64,000 nt of DNA from Thermoanaerobaculia bacterium. GTDB taxonomy: Bacteria; Acidobacteriota; Thermoanaerobaculia; UBA5066. The stretch is from contig CAVVDA010000006.1 in NCBI GenBank assembly GCA_963746875.1, positions 312,091-376,090 on the forward strand, given 5' to 3'. The notes below the pieces were generated by a model, which ran no database searches, was not told the DNA's origin, and worked only from the letters and a program-made list of their open reading frames with translations. Shown piece after piece: positions 28,756 to 41,229 of the stretch. How positions within the stretch are numbered: the first letter of the stretch is position 1; every line of letters starts with the position of its first letter. Both the position numbers and the translations under genes were made by a program.

Positions 28756-30326
28756 TCAGACCGTCGCCAGCTCCTCGTGGCGCGCGACCTCGAGCGGCCG
28801 CTCCTCGGACTGGAGGTAGGCCTTGTGATCGTGGGTCATGCTTCCCGCGGGCAGGATAGCGGAACAGCGATCCCAGATCCCGGCTCACCTGGTGCGCGTA
28901 GAAATCCGGCAGCTCGTTCGTCTCCTGCGCGAAATAGCGCTGCACCTGGGCGTCCGTGTCCAGCCGCTTGCGCACCTCCGTGTAGTACGTGATCCGCCCG
29001 GAGCCTTCCGAGGAGAGCGCGCGCACCACGTTCATCCAGCGCGGAATCACGGCGTTCGTGGCGGCAAACCGCCTGGCGATCCTTTTCCACGAAAACGTGT
29101 ACCTGGTCAGGTCGATCACGTGATCGTAGAAGTCCGTCCAGGCGTAGTTCTGGGGCCGCACGTTCATCGCGTGGTTGTTGTCGAGGAAGTGGAACGGGAA
29201 CGGGAGCACGCGGTTCGCGCGCTGGTACTCGAGGTTGAGCGGCGCCGCGCGCCCGAAGGCCGAGAGCAACGAATAGCCGGGGAACGCGCCCGGGGTCAGG
29301 TCGATGAACCGCTTCGTCAGCTCGAACGGCTCCGCGCCCGACTCCCCGTCGAGGCCGAGGACGAAGTTCGTCTGGACGTAGGGCATGTAGCGCAGGATCA
29401 GGTTGACGTGGTCGGAGACCTCCTCGACCTTCTCCATGCCGGTCTTCCGGCCCGTCATCGACTTGTTGCCGAGGTCGTACCAGGATTCGATTCCCGGAAG
29501 CACGGCTTTGAACCCGTTCCGTTTGAGCCGCTTGAGGTGGGGCTCGGAGAGGAGAGACAGGCTGCTCTCCGCGATCGAGGTGATGCTGCCGGGCGAGACC
29601 GCGTCTTCGATCACGTCCAGGAACTGGTCGAACCGGACGCCGAAGTTCGGATCGTGCCAGCCGACGATCGGCTTTCTGACGTTCCGGACGATGAATCGCA
29701 GGTCCTCCCGGAGCGACGTCGAGATCGAGCGGCTGATAGGGCACCACCGAGTCGATGCAGAAGCTGCAGGTGTAGGGACACCCCAGACTGCCCAGGATCG
29801 GGATCATCTTCATCAGGGGCGACTTCCGAAGAGTCGGCTCGATGAACTTCCACCGCTCCCGGACCCCGGGCAGGGCGAGTGGCTGGCGGGGTGCCTGGAG
29901 GTGGAGACCCAGCGGGCGATGCCTCGCGCAGTCCCGAAGGAGGTCTTCGATCAGGGCCTCGTCCGTGAAGCCGAGAACGTAGTCGAAATACTTGCGCGCG
30001 TCTTCCGGATAACAGCGGGCGTGCGGCCCGCCCAGGGCCGTCACGGCGCCCTTCGATCGGAAGAGGTTGCTCAGCGCGTAGGCGAGGAACGCCGCTTCCG
30101 TGAAGGCGCAGATGAAGACGACGTCGACGCCGTCCGGCAGCTCGTCCTCCAGGTTCTCGAGGCCCGTGTAGCAGACGTACGTGACCTCGTGCCCGCGCGC
30201 TTCGCACCAGACCCCGACGATCTGCGGCATGATGCTCGCGAGATTCGCGTTCATCACGCGGGCGTACAGCGCGTCGGTGGGTCCCTTCGCGACGAGATCG
30301 ATGATTCCCACCCGGAGCTTCTTCAC
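28756..30326 (-). CDS. B12-binding-domain radical SAM enzyme, with indels
   Basis: N-terminal LGGPHA cobalamin-binding-type motif, GCPYTCSFC (CX3CX2C), DPNF, GIES and NFVLGLD. Confidence 0.85.
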
Positions 30327-30477
30327 GCCGGCAAAGGCTATCAGGTTGTGACTGAGAATCGCTAAAGCTGTTGACCATCCTGATGCGGAGTGATCTCATT
30401 CGCCCCACGATCGAAGTCGAAGCCGGGTCCCTTTCATCAATGACGTGAAGGCCGAAATCGGCCGGAGGAGTGCGGTC

Positions 30478-31821
30478 ATGAAGAGGAAGCAGCCCCGCGG
30501 AATCACTCGCCGAACGTTCACGAAGCTCGCCGGAGGCGGCGCCCTCGCCGCCGGGGTCGGAGGGCCCGCCTTCCTGTTCCCCGAGCGGGCCGAGGCGCAG
30601 CAGAAGACGCTGAAGATCATCCAGTGGAGCCATTTCGTACCCGCCTGGGACACCTGGTTCAACGGCACGTACACCAAGGAGTGGGGCCAGAAGAACAACA
30701 CGAACGTGATCGTGGACAACATCAACCTGGTCGACCTTCCCGCCCGGGCCGCCTCCGAGGTCTCGGCGAAGAAGGGCCACGACCTCTTCATGTTCCTGTC
30801 TCCGCCCGCGTCCTACGAGCAGCAGGTCATCGACATGACGAACGTGTACCAGGAGGTCGAGAAAAAGCACGGGAAGAAGATCGACCTGGCCCACAAGTCC
30901 ACGTACAACCCGAAGACGAAGAAGTACTTCGCCTTCTCGGACGCCTACACGCCCGACCCCGGCAACTGGCACAAGGACTGGTGGACGGAGGCCGGGATTT
31001 CCGAACGGGCCGGACACCTACGACGACCTGCTCAAGGGCGCCAAGAAGATCCGGGACAAGAACGGCCACCCGTGCGGGATCGGCCTCTCGCAGGAGCTCG
31101 ACACCAGCATGGCCTTGCGCGCCCTGCTCTGGTCGTTCGGCGGGGCCGAGCAGGACGAGGCCGGCAACGTCACGATCAACTCGAAGCAGACCATCGAAGC
31201 CCTGAAGTACATGAAGGAGCTCTACCAGCAGACGGAGACGGCCGAGGTCTTCACCTGGACTCCTCCCTCGAACAACCAGGCGATGCTCGCCGGCCGGGTC
31301 TCGCTACGTCGCGAACGCGATCTCCGTCACGCGCCAGTCGGAGACGGGAGAAGCTGCCCATCGACAGCAAGATCATGATCAGCCCGGCGCTGAAGGGCCC
31401 GGTCCGGCGGATCGCGGCCGAGCACGTCATGAACTGCCACGTGATCTGGGAGTTCGCCGAGAACAAGGAAGGCGCGCAGAAGTTCCTGATCGACTTCATG
31501 GACCACTTCCACGAGGGCTTCGTCGCCGGGCAGTTCTACAACTTCCCCTGCTTCCCCTCGACGGTGCCGGACCTGCAGAAGCTGATCGCGAACGATCCGC
31601 GGGCGAATCCGCCGGACAAGTACAAGGTCCTGGGCAACGTCCTCGACTGGGCCACGAACGTCGGCTACCCGGGCTACGCGACCGCGGGCATCTCCGAAGC
31701 GTTCAGCACGTGGGTCATCCCGACGATGTTCGCCAGCGTCGCGCGGGGGGATCAGTCCGCGGAGGACGCCGCGAAGGCGGCGGAAGCCGAGTACAAGCGC
31801 ATCTTCGCGCGATGGAAGTAG
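30478..31821 (+). CDS. Carbohydrate ABC transporter solute-binding protein with Tat signal, with indels
   Basis: TRRTFTK twin-arginine motif, LKIIQWSHFVP, PDTYDDL. First gene of an ABC operon. Confidence 0.85.
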   Translation: MKRKQPRGITRRTFTKLAGGGALAAGVGGPAFLFPERAEAQQKTLKIIQWSHFVPAWDTWFNGTYTKEWGQKNNTNVIVDNINLVDLPARAASEVSAKKGHDLFMFLSPPASYEQQVIDMTNVYQEVEKKHGKKIDLAHKSTYNPKTKKYFAFSDAYTPDPGNWHKDWWTEAGISERAGHLRRPAQGRQEDPGQERPPVRDRPLAGARHQHGLARPALVVRRGRAGRGRQRHDQLEADHRSPEVHEGALPADGDGRGLHLDSSLEQPGDARRPGLATSRTRSPSRASRRREKLPIDSKIMISPALKGPVRRIAAEHVMNCHVIWEFAENKEGAQKFLIDFMDHFHEGFVAGQFYNFPCFPSTVPDLQKLIANDPRANPPDKYKVLGNVLDWATNVGYPGYATAGISEAFSTWVIPTMFASVARGDQSAEDAAKAAEAEYKRIFARWK

Positions 31822-31833
31822 CGCGGGCGCTCG

Positions 31834-32924
31834 ATGGCGGTCGTTGAGACACGGAACCTGACGAAGGTCTTCAAAGAAGGCGAGCTCGGAGCGGTCAACG
31901 ACGTCAGCCTGGTAACCGAAGGAAGGCGAGTTCCTGGTCTTCCTGGGGCCTTCGGGCTCCGGGAAGACCACTCTCCTCCGCATGATCGCCGGCCTGGAGA
32001 CCCCGACCTCGGGCGAGATCCTGATCGGCGGCGCAGGTCGTGAACCGCCTGTCCCCGCGCGAGCGCCGGATCGCCATGGTCTTCCAGAGCTATGCGCTCT
32101 ATCCCCACCTCTCCGTCTACAAGAACATCGCCTTCCCGCTGAAGGCGCAGAAGGTCCCGAAGGACCAGCACCGAAGAAGGTGGAATGGGCCGCGGGACTC
32201 CTCGGCATCGGCAAGCTGCTCGACCGCAAGCCGCGCGAGCTCTCCGGCGGCGAGAGGCAGCGCGTCGCGCTCGCCCGCGCCATCGTCCGCGAGCCGGCCG
32301 TCTTCCTGCTGGACGAGCCGCTCTCGAACCTGGACGCCAAGCTGCGCGCGTCGGCCCGGGAGGAGCTCGAGCGGTTTCACGAGAGCGTCGGGACGACGAC
32401 GATCTACGTGACGCACGACCAGATCGAGGCGATGGCGATGGGAGACCGGATCGTCGTGATGAACTTCGGCCAGGTCCGCCAGATCGGATCGGCCGCCGAG
32501 GTCTACGACGATCCGGCCGACACGTTCGTCGCGACCTTTCTCGGGTCTCCTCCCATGAATCTCGTCGAGCAGGGAGACGTCATCGTGGGCTTCCGCCCGG
32601 AGCACTTCTTCCCGGTCACGCAGCTGGCGGCCAGAGCGGCCGTCCCGGAGGAAATCCGCGTGACCGACCGGGAGGGACCGTTCGTCTCGCTGAGCTTCCG
32701 GGTCAGCCACCAGGAGTACCTGGGCGCGGAACGGCTCGTCTACGGGAGCCTGGAGGGCGGGCGCTCCGATGGAAAGAAAGCCGTCTCGCGCATGTCCGCG
32801 AGCCATGTCGCCCGATACGAGACGGGAAGCCTGCACGCCTTCGCGGTCTCCGAGAGACACCTGAAGTTCTTCGACCGGGCGACGCAAGAAACGCACCGCG
32901 CCGCGCCGCGACCTATGGCAATGA
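31834..32924 (+). CDS. MalK-like ABC ATP-binding subunit, with indels
   Basis: [42 protein letters not shown] and YVTHDQ. Confidence 0.9.
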
Positions 32925-33831
32925 GCCGAACGAAGGCGGAACATCGATCGGGGCCGACCAGACCCGGCCCTGGCGATCGCCATGTTCGCGCCGGCCGTGC
33001 TCTTCATCGTGCTCCTGATCGGGGTGCCGTTCGTCCTCGCGGTCCTCTACGCCTTCAGCGACGCTCGCATCGGCAGCTCGGGATTCCATTTCGTCGGCCT
33101 CGAGAATTTCCGGAGCATCCTGCAGAGCCCGAGCTTCCACAAGGCGCTCAGGAATTCCATCGTGTTCACGCTCTGCGCCCAGGCGATCGTGATCCTGTGC
33201 TCGAACATTCTCGCGATGGCCCTCGAGAAGCCCTTCCGCGGCCGCGGCCTGGTCCGCTTCCTGATCCTGCTGCCGTGGGTCGCGCCGGTCTCCCTCGGCA
33301 CCATCGGCTGGAAGTGGATTCTGGACTCCATCTACAGCGTGATCACGTGGGTGCTCGTCGCCCTGCACGTCTACAAGCCGTACAGCGCGCCGATGTGGCT
33401 CGGGGAGCCGCACCTCGCCATGGCCTCCGTCATCCTCGTGCACTGCTGGCGCCTGATTCCCTTCTCCACCGTGATCATGCTGGCGGGACGCTCCGCCATC
33501 CCCAGGGAGATCCCGGAGGCGGCCGCGATCGACGGCGCGGGCTTCTGGCGCACGCTCTTCCAGATCAACCTCCCGATGATGACGCCCATCCTGAGCGTGG
33601 CCGTCCTCTTCGGGATCATCTTCACGTTCACCGACATGACGGTGGTCTACATCCTGACCGCCGGCGGGCCCTTCGACTCGACGCAGACCCTGCCGTCGCT
33701 CGCCTTCGCCACGGGGATCGCCGGCAGCGACCTGGCCGCGGGAGCCGCGATCTCGCTCTTCCTCGTGCCGGTGCTGGTCGGCGGTCGCGTACCTGATGCT
33801 TCGCGTCGCGCATCGCGCCGAGGTGGTCTGA
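32915..33831 (+). CDS. Carbohydrate ABC transporter permease 1, with indels
   Basis: FVGLENF, LLPWV, EAAAIDGA (EAA loop) and LTAGGP. Confidence 0.9.
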
Positions 33832-34682
33832 TGGAACGCGGGCACGCTCCGCAGGGTCGGCGCGAGGACCCTGCACGTCCTCGGTGCTGGCCTTCTTCAT
33901 CGTCGCCCTGGCGTTTCCCTTCTTCTGGATGCTGATCGCCACGTTCAAGCAGAACATCGACCTCTACACGGTCGAGAACAACCCGTTCCTCTTCAACCTC
34001 CCGCCGACGCTCGAGCACCTGAGGTTCCTGTTCGCGGAGACGCGGTTCGTGCGCTGGCTCGGCAACACGGCGCTCGTGGGCGTCCTCGTCGTCGCCATCA
34101 CGCTTCTCCTGGCCGTGCCGGCCGCGTACGCGCTCGCCCGCCTCGCCGGGCCGCTGGGGCGAGCGGCTCGGGATCGCCATCTTCCTGACGTACCTGATTC
34201 CGCCGACGCTGCTCTTCATCCCGCTCTCGCGCGTCGTCGCGATCCTGGGCCTGCAGGACAGCATCTTCTCCGTCGTGCTCGTCTACCCGAGCATGACGAT
34301 CCCGTTCTCCATCTGGCTGCTCATGGGCTTCTTCAAGTCCATCCCGAAGGAGCTCGAGGACGCGGCCATGGTGGACGGCCTGACGCGCTTCGGCGCCTTC
34401 CTCCGGATGGTCGTCCCGATCTCGGTGTCCGGGATCCTGACGGTCGTCATCTTCAGCTTCACGCTGGTGACGCAGGAGTTCGTCTACGCCCTGACCTTCA
34501 TCTCGCCGGAGAGGAACCAGATGGTCGGCGTGGGCATCCCGATCTACCTCGTGCGCGGCGACGTCTACTACTGGGGCTCGCTGATGGCGGCCTGCCTCGT
34601 CGCGAGCCTGCCGATCGCCGTCGTCTACAACCTCTTCCTCGACCGGTTTATCGCGGGCTTTACGGTCGGCGCGGTGAAGTAG
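33831..34682 (+). CDS. Carbohydrate ABC transporter permease 2, with indels
   Basis: FPFFWM, AAYALAR, IPKELEDAAMVDG, WGSLMAA and GFTVGAVK. Confidence 0.9.
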
Positions 34683-34776
34683 AGCTCGGGCGCTACGTCT
34701 GACCGAGTTTTTGCGCTCGACGCCCGGCGCGCCTGACGCAGATGCATCAGGTTCCCCTCTTTTCCCTACCGAACCC

Positions 34777-34805
34777 TTGACGCCGCAGCATAGACTCCGT
34801 ATGCC
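34777..34805 (+). promoter_or_regulatory. Candidate sigma-70 promoter
   Basis: TTGACG-N17-TATGCC, followed by the palindrome AACTACGTAGTT (34808-34819), upstream of ATG 34877. Confidence 0.4.
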
Positions 34806-34876
34806 TTAACTACGTAGTTCGAGAAACGAAACCGGGGCTTCGCCTCGGCCTTTCCCGGAAAGGGGAAAAAGCACAA

Positions 34877-36142
34877 TGCTGATCAAACGCCTGTCCATTC
34901 TCCTGGTCGCCCTGGCGGCGTCCGGGACGGCCCTCGCCGCCGAGTCGCCCGGCTGCAGATCCGAACGACCCGGTCCGACGCCAACGTGACGTTCGAGCGG
35001 AGCCTGTCGGACGGCAAGGCTCTCGTGAGCGTCCTGGACACCAAGCAAGAGCCGGTGCTCGGGTTGACGGCCAAGGACTTCACGGTGGCGCGGCCTGACG
35101 CGGCTGCGAAGGTCATCTCGGTAGAGCCGATCTCCAAGAGCGTAGAGGTCCCCCGCCACGTCGTGCTGGTTCTCGACAACTCGTACTCGATGGAGGAGCG
35201 CAAGGCGATTCCGAAGCTGCTCGAGGGAGTCGGCGCGGTGCTCAAGACCATCCGGCCGGTCGACGACGTGCGCATCGTCGTCTTCGGCACCAAGGCGGTG
35301 AAGATGGGGGGCCGCGACCTGCGCGTGGAAACCTTCCAGTCGAACAAGCCGGCCGATCTGGAGGCGTTCGTCGCCAAGGCCTACAAGAAGGACAGAGTCA
35401 CCGATACCACCGTTCTCTACGAAGCCATGTTCGCCGGCCTCGAGCTCGTCCGGGGAATGCCGGCCAACGAGCCGCGGTTCCTCGCGGTCTTCTCGGACGG
35501 CGAGGACATCAACAGCGCGTTCAAGGGCGACGTCGTCAGCAAGGCCGCGCAGGGAATCCCGAACCTCCGCGTGTTCGCGATCGACTACATGCCGGGCCCG
35601 AAGGTCGACGCCTTCCTGGCGAGCTTTGCGAGCCAGAACCACGGTGAGGCCAGGAAAGCCGGGACGGGCGCCGATCTCGTGGCGCTCTTCCAGAAGTTCG
35701 CCTCGAAGCTGGAGCATTACTACGTCGTCAGCTACGAGTTCGCGCCCCCGCCTCCGCCTCCACCTCCGGTCCGAAACCGAGTCCGAAGACCATGGTTTTC
35801 GCCGAGGCGGCGATGTTCGATTTCGGCAAGGCAGACCTGAAGCCGGAAGGCAAGGAACAGCTCAAGGCCTATCGCGAGACGGCGAAGGCGGAGATGAGCA
35901 GCGCGAGCAAGGTGAGGATCACGGGCCACACCGACAACGTCGGTACGGACGAATACAACAAGAAGCTGTCGCTCAAGCGGGCCGAAGCGATTCGCGATTA
36001 CCTCGTCAGCCTCGGAGGCGATCCGGCCAAGATGGAGGTCAGCGGAGAGGGCGAGGCCAGGCCGATCGCGGACAACAAGACGGCCGAAGGTCGCGCGAAG
36101 AACCGCCGCGTCGAGGTCGAAGTCGTCGGCCTGGGGAAATAG
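34877..36142 (+). CDS. Exported VWA-domain plus OmpA-like peptidoglycan-binding protein, with indels
   Basis: Signal peptide, MIDAS DNSYS..T..SDGED, Pro-rich linker, FDFGKA, ITGHTD, NKKLSLKRA and NRRVEV. Confidence 0.85.
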
Positions 36143-36160
36143 GGCCCTCTCGACTTCACG

Positions 36161-36212
36161 CCGTCAAGGCAAGAAGCCCCGCGACGTTCGTCGTGGGGCT
36201 TCTGTTTGACGG
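36161..36212 (+). terminator. Stem-loop, probable intrinsic terminator
   Basis: AGAAGCCCCGCGAC-GTTC-GTCGTGGGGCTTCT followed by GTTT, with outer arms CCGTCAA/TTGACGG. Starts about 20 bp after the stop at 36142. Confidence 0.7.
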
Positions 36213-36357
36213 GAGCCGATGGCAACCGTCGGCAGCCCAGGCCCGTCGCCTGCGACGCCGAGCGTCGCACCCCTTGACGGGGTTCAGGCGCACGCCCTAC
36301 GTATTTGAGGGATCCCGGAAAGTGCGGCCTTTTCGCCGCGGAAATGCGAGGTTTGCC

Positions 36358-36783
36358 ATGCCCAAGGGTCACTTCCGGCTGTTTGCCCTCCTCGGAGGGG
36401 GAATCGTCCTCGCCGTCGCGCTGGCCGGATTCTGGCGCGTCCAGAACCAGCCGGTCAACGCGACCTGGACCCCGGCGCATCTGGCGCTGCCGCTCTCGAC
36501 GACGTCGGACCGCGTCGAGGTGCTCGTCGCCGACGTACCGCTCCAGAAAGCCATCGCGGACAAGCGGCTCATCGTCACGACGGACGCGGGCCTCAAGCCG
36601 GTCCTCGAAGCCACGGTCCGCGTGAACAACGCCGACCAGATCCTCGCGGCCCGCTTCACGCCGCTTCTCGTCCTCTCGGCGGTGGCTGGAGGCGCGTTCG
36701 TGCTCTTCGTCATCGGGCTCTTCGCGCCGCGCATCGGCGCTTTCCATCAGCACGGCCTGATCGACCTGCACCTGACGGCGTAA
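36358..36783 (+). CDS. Hypothetical membrane protein (2 TM)
   Basis: ATG 36358, hydrophobic segments at both ends, GC-biased codons. Confidence 0.65.
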   Translation: MPKGHFRLFALLGGGIVLAVALAGFWRVQNQPVNATWTPAHLALPLSTTSDRVEVLVADVPLQKAIADKRLIVTTDAGLKPVLEATVRVNNADQILAARFTPLLVLSAVAGGAFVLFVIGLFAPRIGAFHQHGLIDLHLTA

Positions 36784-36908
36784 ATCTTAGTTTCTTCGAA
36801 TGGGTACGTGAGCGAGGTGCTCGGGCTCTGGCGGTGCCCCCGCGCCTTCGCTCACACACCTTCTAAGAAATCCCTCTTTCCGTCCGATCTGCTCGCGCGG
36901 TCCGGCCG

Positions 36909-38697
36909 TTGGCTTATCGTAAGCCGGTGCAAAGGAAGGCTCCCGTCTTTCTCGCGCTGGCGATGGTGGCCGTCGTCGTCGCCGCCTATCTCCCGGCCCT
37001 CGAGGCAGGCTTCGTCTGGAACGACGACACGTATCTGACGGAGAACGGCACGCTCGACACTCTCGACGGGCTCCATTTGATCTGGACGGAGCCGAAGGCG
37101 AACGAGCAGTACTACCCGATGGTCTTCACGTCGTTCTGGATCGAGAAGCACCTCTGGTCGCTTCGTCCTTTCGGTTATCACCTCGTGAACATCCTGCTTC
37201 ACGCCGGAGCGGCCTTGCTGCTCTGGTGGCTTCTCGTTCGTCTGCGCCTGCCCGGGGCATCGCTCGCCGCCGCCGTCTTCGCCCTTCACCCGGTGTGCGC
37301 CGAATCCGTCGCCTGGGTCACCGAGCGCAAGAACACGCTCTCCCTGTTCCTGTCGCTTCTCGCGGTGCACGCCTGGTACGCGTTTCTCGAGGCCCGCGCG
37401 AAGGCGGCTGAACCGCGGAAGAAGAAGGCGCGAAAGACAACCCCGTGGTTACTGCGGCCGGCGCCGCTGTACGCTCTGTCGCTCTCGTTCTTCTGCGCTC
37501 GCGCTTCTCTCGAAGACGACGGCCTGCGTCGTTCCCGGGGTGCTTCTCGTCCTCGTCTGGTGGCAGAAGGGACGGGTCGAGGCAGCCGACGTCCGGCCCC
37601 TCGTCCCCTTCCTGGCTCTCGGCGCCGGCCTCGCCCTCCATACCGCGTGGCTCGAGCGGACGATGGTGCAGGCGGTCGGACAGGAGTGGAATCTGAGCCT
37701 CCCGGGACGCATTGTCCTCGCGGGACAGACCACGGCGTTCTACGCCGCCAAGCTCGTCGTTCCGAGAGACCTCGCGTTCATCTACCAGCGCTGGAACATC
37801 GATCCAAAAGACCTGTCTCAGTACCTCCCGGCTGCGTTCGCTTTCGCCGCCGCGGCCCTCGCCTGGCTCCTGAGGAACCGTCTCGGAAGAGGTCCTTTCG
37901 CCGCCGTCCTCCTCTTCTTCGGAGTCCTTTTTCCGGCGATGGGGTTCTTCAACGTCTACGCAATGCGCTATTCATGGGTCGCGGATCACTTCGCCTACCA
38001 GGCCGTCGCCGTGTTCGCGGCCTGCGCGGTGTGCGGGGCAGCTTCACAATTCGCCCTTCGGAGCGCGCCGGAGCGGCACGCTGCCGCGGTTCTCGCCGTG
38101 GCCGTTCTCGCGGTTTTCGGGACCCTGACCTTCCGGCACAGTCGGAGCTTCCACGACCCCGAGACTCTCTGGCGCGACACGCTCGAGCGAAGTCCCGACT
38201 GCTTCATGTGTCAGACGAACTACGGCAACTGGCTCATGGAGAACGGCCGCGAGGCCGAGGCCCTGTCTCACCTCGAGAAATCACTAACCCTCAAACCCGA
38301 CAACGTTCCGACGCTCCTGAACCTCGCGCGTATCGAGGAGAGCCATGGCCGCTTCGACGAAGCGGCCGCCCGCCTTCGCGCGGCTCTGAGGGTCGATCCT
38401 GCCGACACCACGGCTTTGATCAACCTCGGAACGGTCAGCACGAAAGGGGGACGGCTCGACGAGGCCATCGGGTCGTACGAGGAAGCCTTGCGCCTCGGGT
38501 CGTCCGGGGACTACCTCGCGCACAACGGTCTCGGCGTCGCGTTCATGCGGCTCGGAAACGCGGCGGAAGCCGTCGATCACTTTCGCAAGGCGCTGAGTCT
38601 CAAGCCCGACTACGAGTACGCGCGCGCGAATCTCGAGCGCGCCCTGTCCGTTCCGGGCGGACCGGGCGTCGCGGCTCCGCGCCCACCGGGGAAATGA
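36909..38697 (+). CDS. TMTC-like membrane glycosyltransferase with C-terminal TPRs, one indel
   Basis: [43 protein letters not shown] and LWRDTL, followed by several TPR repeats. Confidence 0.85.
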
Positions 38698-38721
38698 GGA
38701 GAACCGGAGCCGGATCGGCGG

Positions 38722-41111
38722 TCACGGCCGCCCGCGCGGGTAGTTCATCCTGCGGATCAGGTCGTCGAAGCGGGAGTCTCCCCTGAAGACGTCGAAGAGC
38801 GGGTCGACGTTCATCTCGTCCATGAGCCACGCCTTGTCCTCGAACGCGCGCTCGAGCCAGGCGAACGCGGTGTCCCGCTCTCCAAGGCCGCCGTAGATCA
38901 TCGCGATCTGAGTCGGCGGCAGGAACTGGGTCTTGCGCTTCTCGAGGAGCTTCGCGAGCACCTTCCGCGCTTCTTCCTTCCTTCCTGCGAGTCCGTACGT
39001 GACGCCGAGCGCGAAGTTCGCCCCCGGGATCCGGCACCTTGCGCGACAGGATAGACCGCGATCGCTTCGTCGTACCGCTTTTGGCTCATGAGGGTGTTCG
39101 CCAGCATCGAATTTCGCGAAGACCGACTCGGGATGGACGCCGAGCACTTTCCGGAGCTGCTGCGCCGCTTCCTCGAGCCGGCGGGCGAACAGGAAGCGCA
39201 TCCCGCAGTAGACACCGGCCTCCTCCGAGAGCGGGTCGAGCTCCTCGGCGATCCGGCCTTCCCGGATCGCTTCTTCGTGGCGCGAGAGGACCGACATGAG
39301 GTACGAGGCCTCGGTGTGAACGGCGGCCGAGCCGGGCGACAGCTCGAGGGCGCGCCGGCTGTCCCGCTCGGCCCCGGCCCAGTCGAAGTCGCAGGACCGC
39401 CGGAGGCTCGCGAGCAGCGCGACCGCTTCTCCCTGCCGGGGATCGAGCTGGATCGCGCGCTCCGCTTCGGCGCGCGCCTCCGCACACGACTCGGACATCG
39501 GTCGGTACCCCGCGAAGCCGCCCCACTGGAGCGCCTGCTGCGAGGCGCGTGTGCGCGAGCGCGAACCCAGGGTCGGCCTCGACCGCCTTTCGGAACAGCG
39601 CGACTCCGTTCTCGATCCCCTGGCGCTGCGTGAGCGACTGCGTGATCGCGTACGTCCCGAGGAGGACGAGCCGGTGCGCCTCCGGATCGACCGTCCGTTC
39701 CGCCGCCGAGGCGCCCGGCTTCCTCGGGGCTCACGGCGACGCGCACCTCGCGGGCGATCGCCATCGCGACCTCGCTCTGGAGGGCCAGGACGTTTCGCGC
39801 GTCGCGCGTGTAGCTCTCGGCCCAGAGGTGCCGGTCCGAAGTCGGCCTCGATGAGCTGGACCGTGATCCTCACGTTCCCGCCGTCCCTCAGCACCGAGCC
39901 TTCCACGACTCCCCGGACGCCCAGCGCGCGGGCGATCTCGGGAAGCGATTTCGTCGCGTTCTTGTACGGCATCACGGACGTCCGCGAGATCACCTTCAGC
40001 GCGCGGATCCGCGACAGCTCGGTGATCACGGCTTCGGTCATCCCGTCCGCGAAGTATTCCTGCTCGGGATCCTTCGAGAGATTCGCGAGCGGCAGGACGG
40101 CGAGCGAGTCGATCCGCCCGCCTCCTTTCGACCAGCGGCTCCTCAGCTTGCCGACGTCGGCGGCGAAGAGAAGAGCGAGCACGGCGAGTGCTCCCAGGAG
40201 ACTCGCGGCGAGCGGGAATCCGCGCGGGCGGGCCGGCGGCGGCCCGGCGGGGACGACCGTGGACATCCCGGTTCGCAGCCGCTCGAGGCCGGACTTCAGC
40301 TCCGCGGCGGTCGCGAAGCGCATTTCCGGGTCCTTCCGAAGGCAGCGTGCGAAGGACGTCCTTGAGGCCGTCCGAAGCCGTGGCCACGCCCGGAAAAATC
40401 CGGCTCGGCGTGGAGAATCGCGTCCGTCAGGCGCGCCGGAACGTCTTCCCGGAACGGCCGGTTCCCGGTCGCCATCTCGCAGAGGACGACTCCCGCCGAC
40501 CATATGTCCGTCCGGCCGTCGACGTGCTCGGCTCGCAACTGCTCGGGCGCCATGTACGGGAGGGTCCCGGCGACTTCCTTCTTCGTCGACGTGAACGTCT
40601 CCAGGATCGACGCGTCCCCGGCGGGAGTGAGCCTGAGCTTCGCGATGCCGAAGTCCAGGATCTTGAGATCACCGCCTTTCGTCACCTTCAGGTTCGCCGG
40701 TTTGAGGTCGCAGTGAACGACGCCCTCGGCGTGCGCGGCCGAGAGGCCGTCGGCGAGTTGCGCGCCGAGCCGGAGAACCTCCCCTTCCGGCAGCGGTCCT
40801 TCGCGAAGCCGCTCGGAGAGAGACGCCCCCTCGACGAGCTCCATGACGAGGGCGTCCGTCCCCTCGACGGCGATCACGTCGTAGATGTGCGCGACGTTCC
40901 GATGCTTGAGCTTCGCGAGCGCGAGAGCTTCCTTGTGAAAGCGCGCCCGCGCCGACTCGTCCGAAAGAAGCGAAGACGAGAGCATCTTGATCGCGACCTC
41001 TCGATGGAGCCGGGTGTCGCGTGCCCGGTAGACCTGCCCCATCCCGCCGGAGCCGAGCGGGCCCAGGATCTCGTACGGGCCCAGACGCGATCCCGGTGCC
41101 AGATCCGCCAC
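38722..41111 (-). CDS. Ser/Thr protein kinase with TM, TolB-N-like and TPR domains, with indels
   Basis: LGSGGMGQVY, VAIK, HCDLKPAN, DFG, GTLPYMAPEQ, SLAVLPLANLS..QEYFADGMTE and TPRs. Confidence 0.9.
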
Positions 41112-41229
41112 GTACCGCTCCCTTCACCCGCTCGTCGAAGGCGATTTCAGTATAGGGCGATCCTTTTCTCCGGCTCCCGTCACTTCGGGGTGAACTGCGA
41201 AAGCTCGTGGATCCCGAGCTGCCTCTCGA

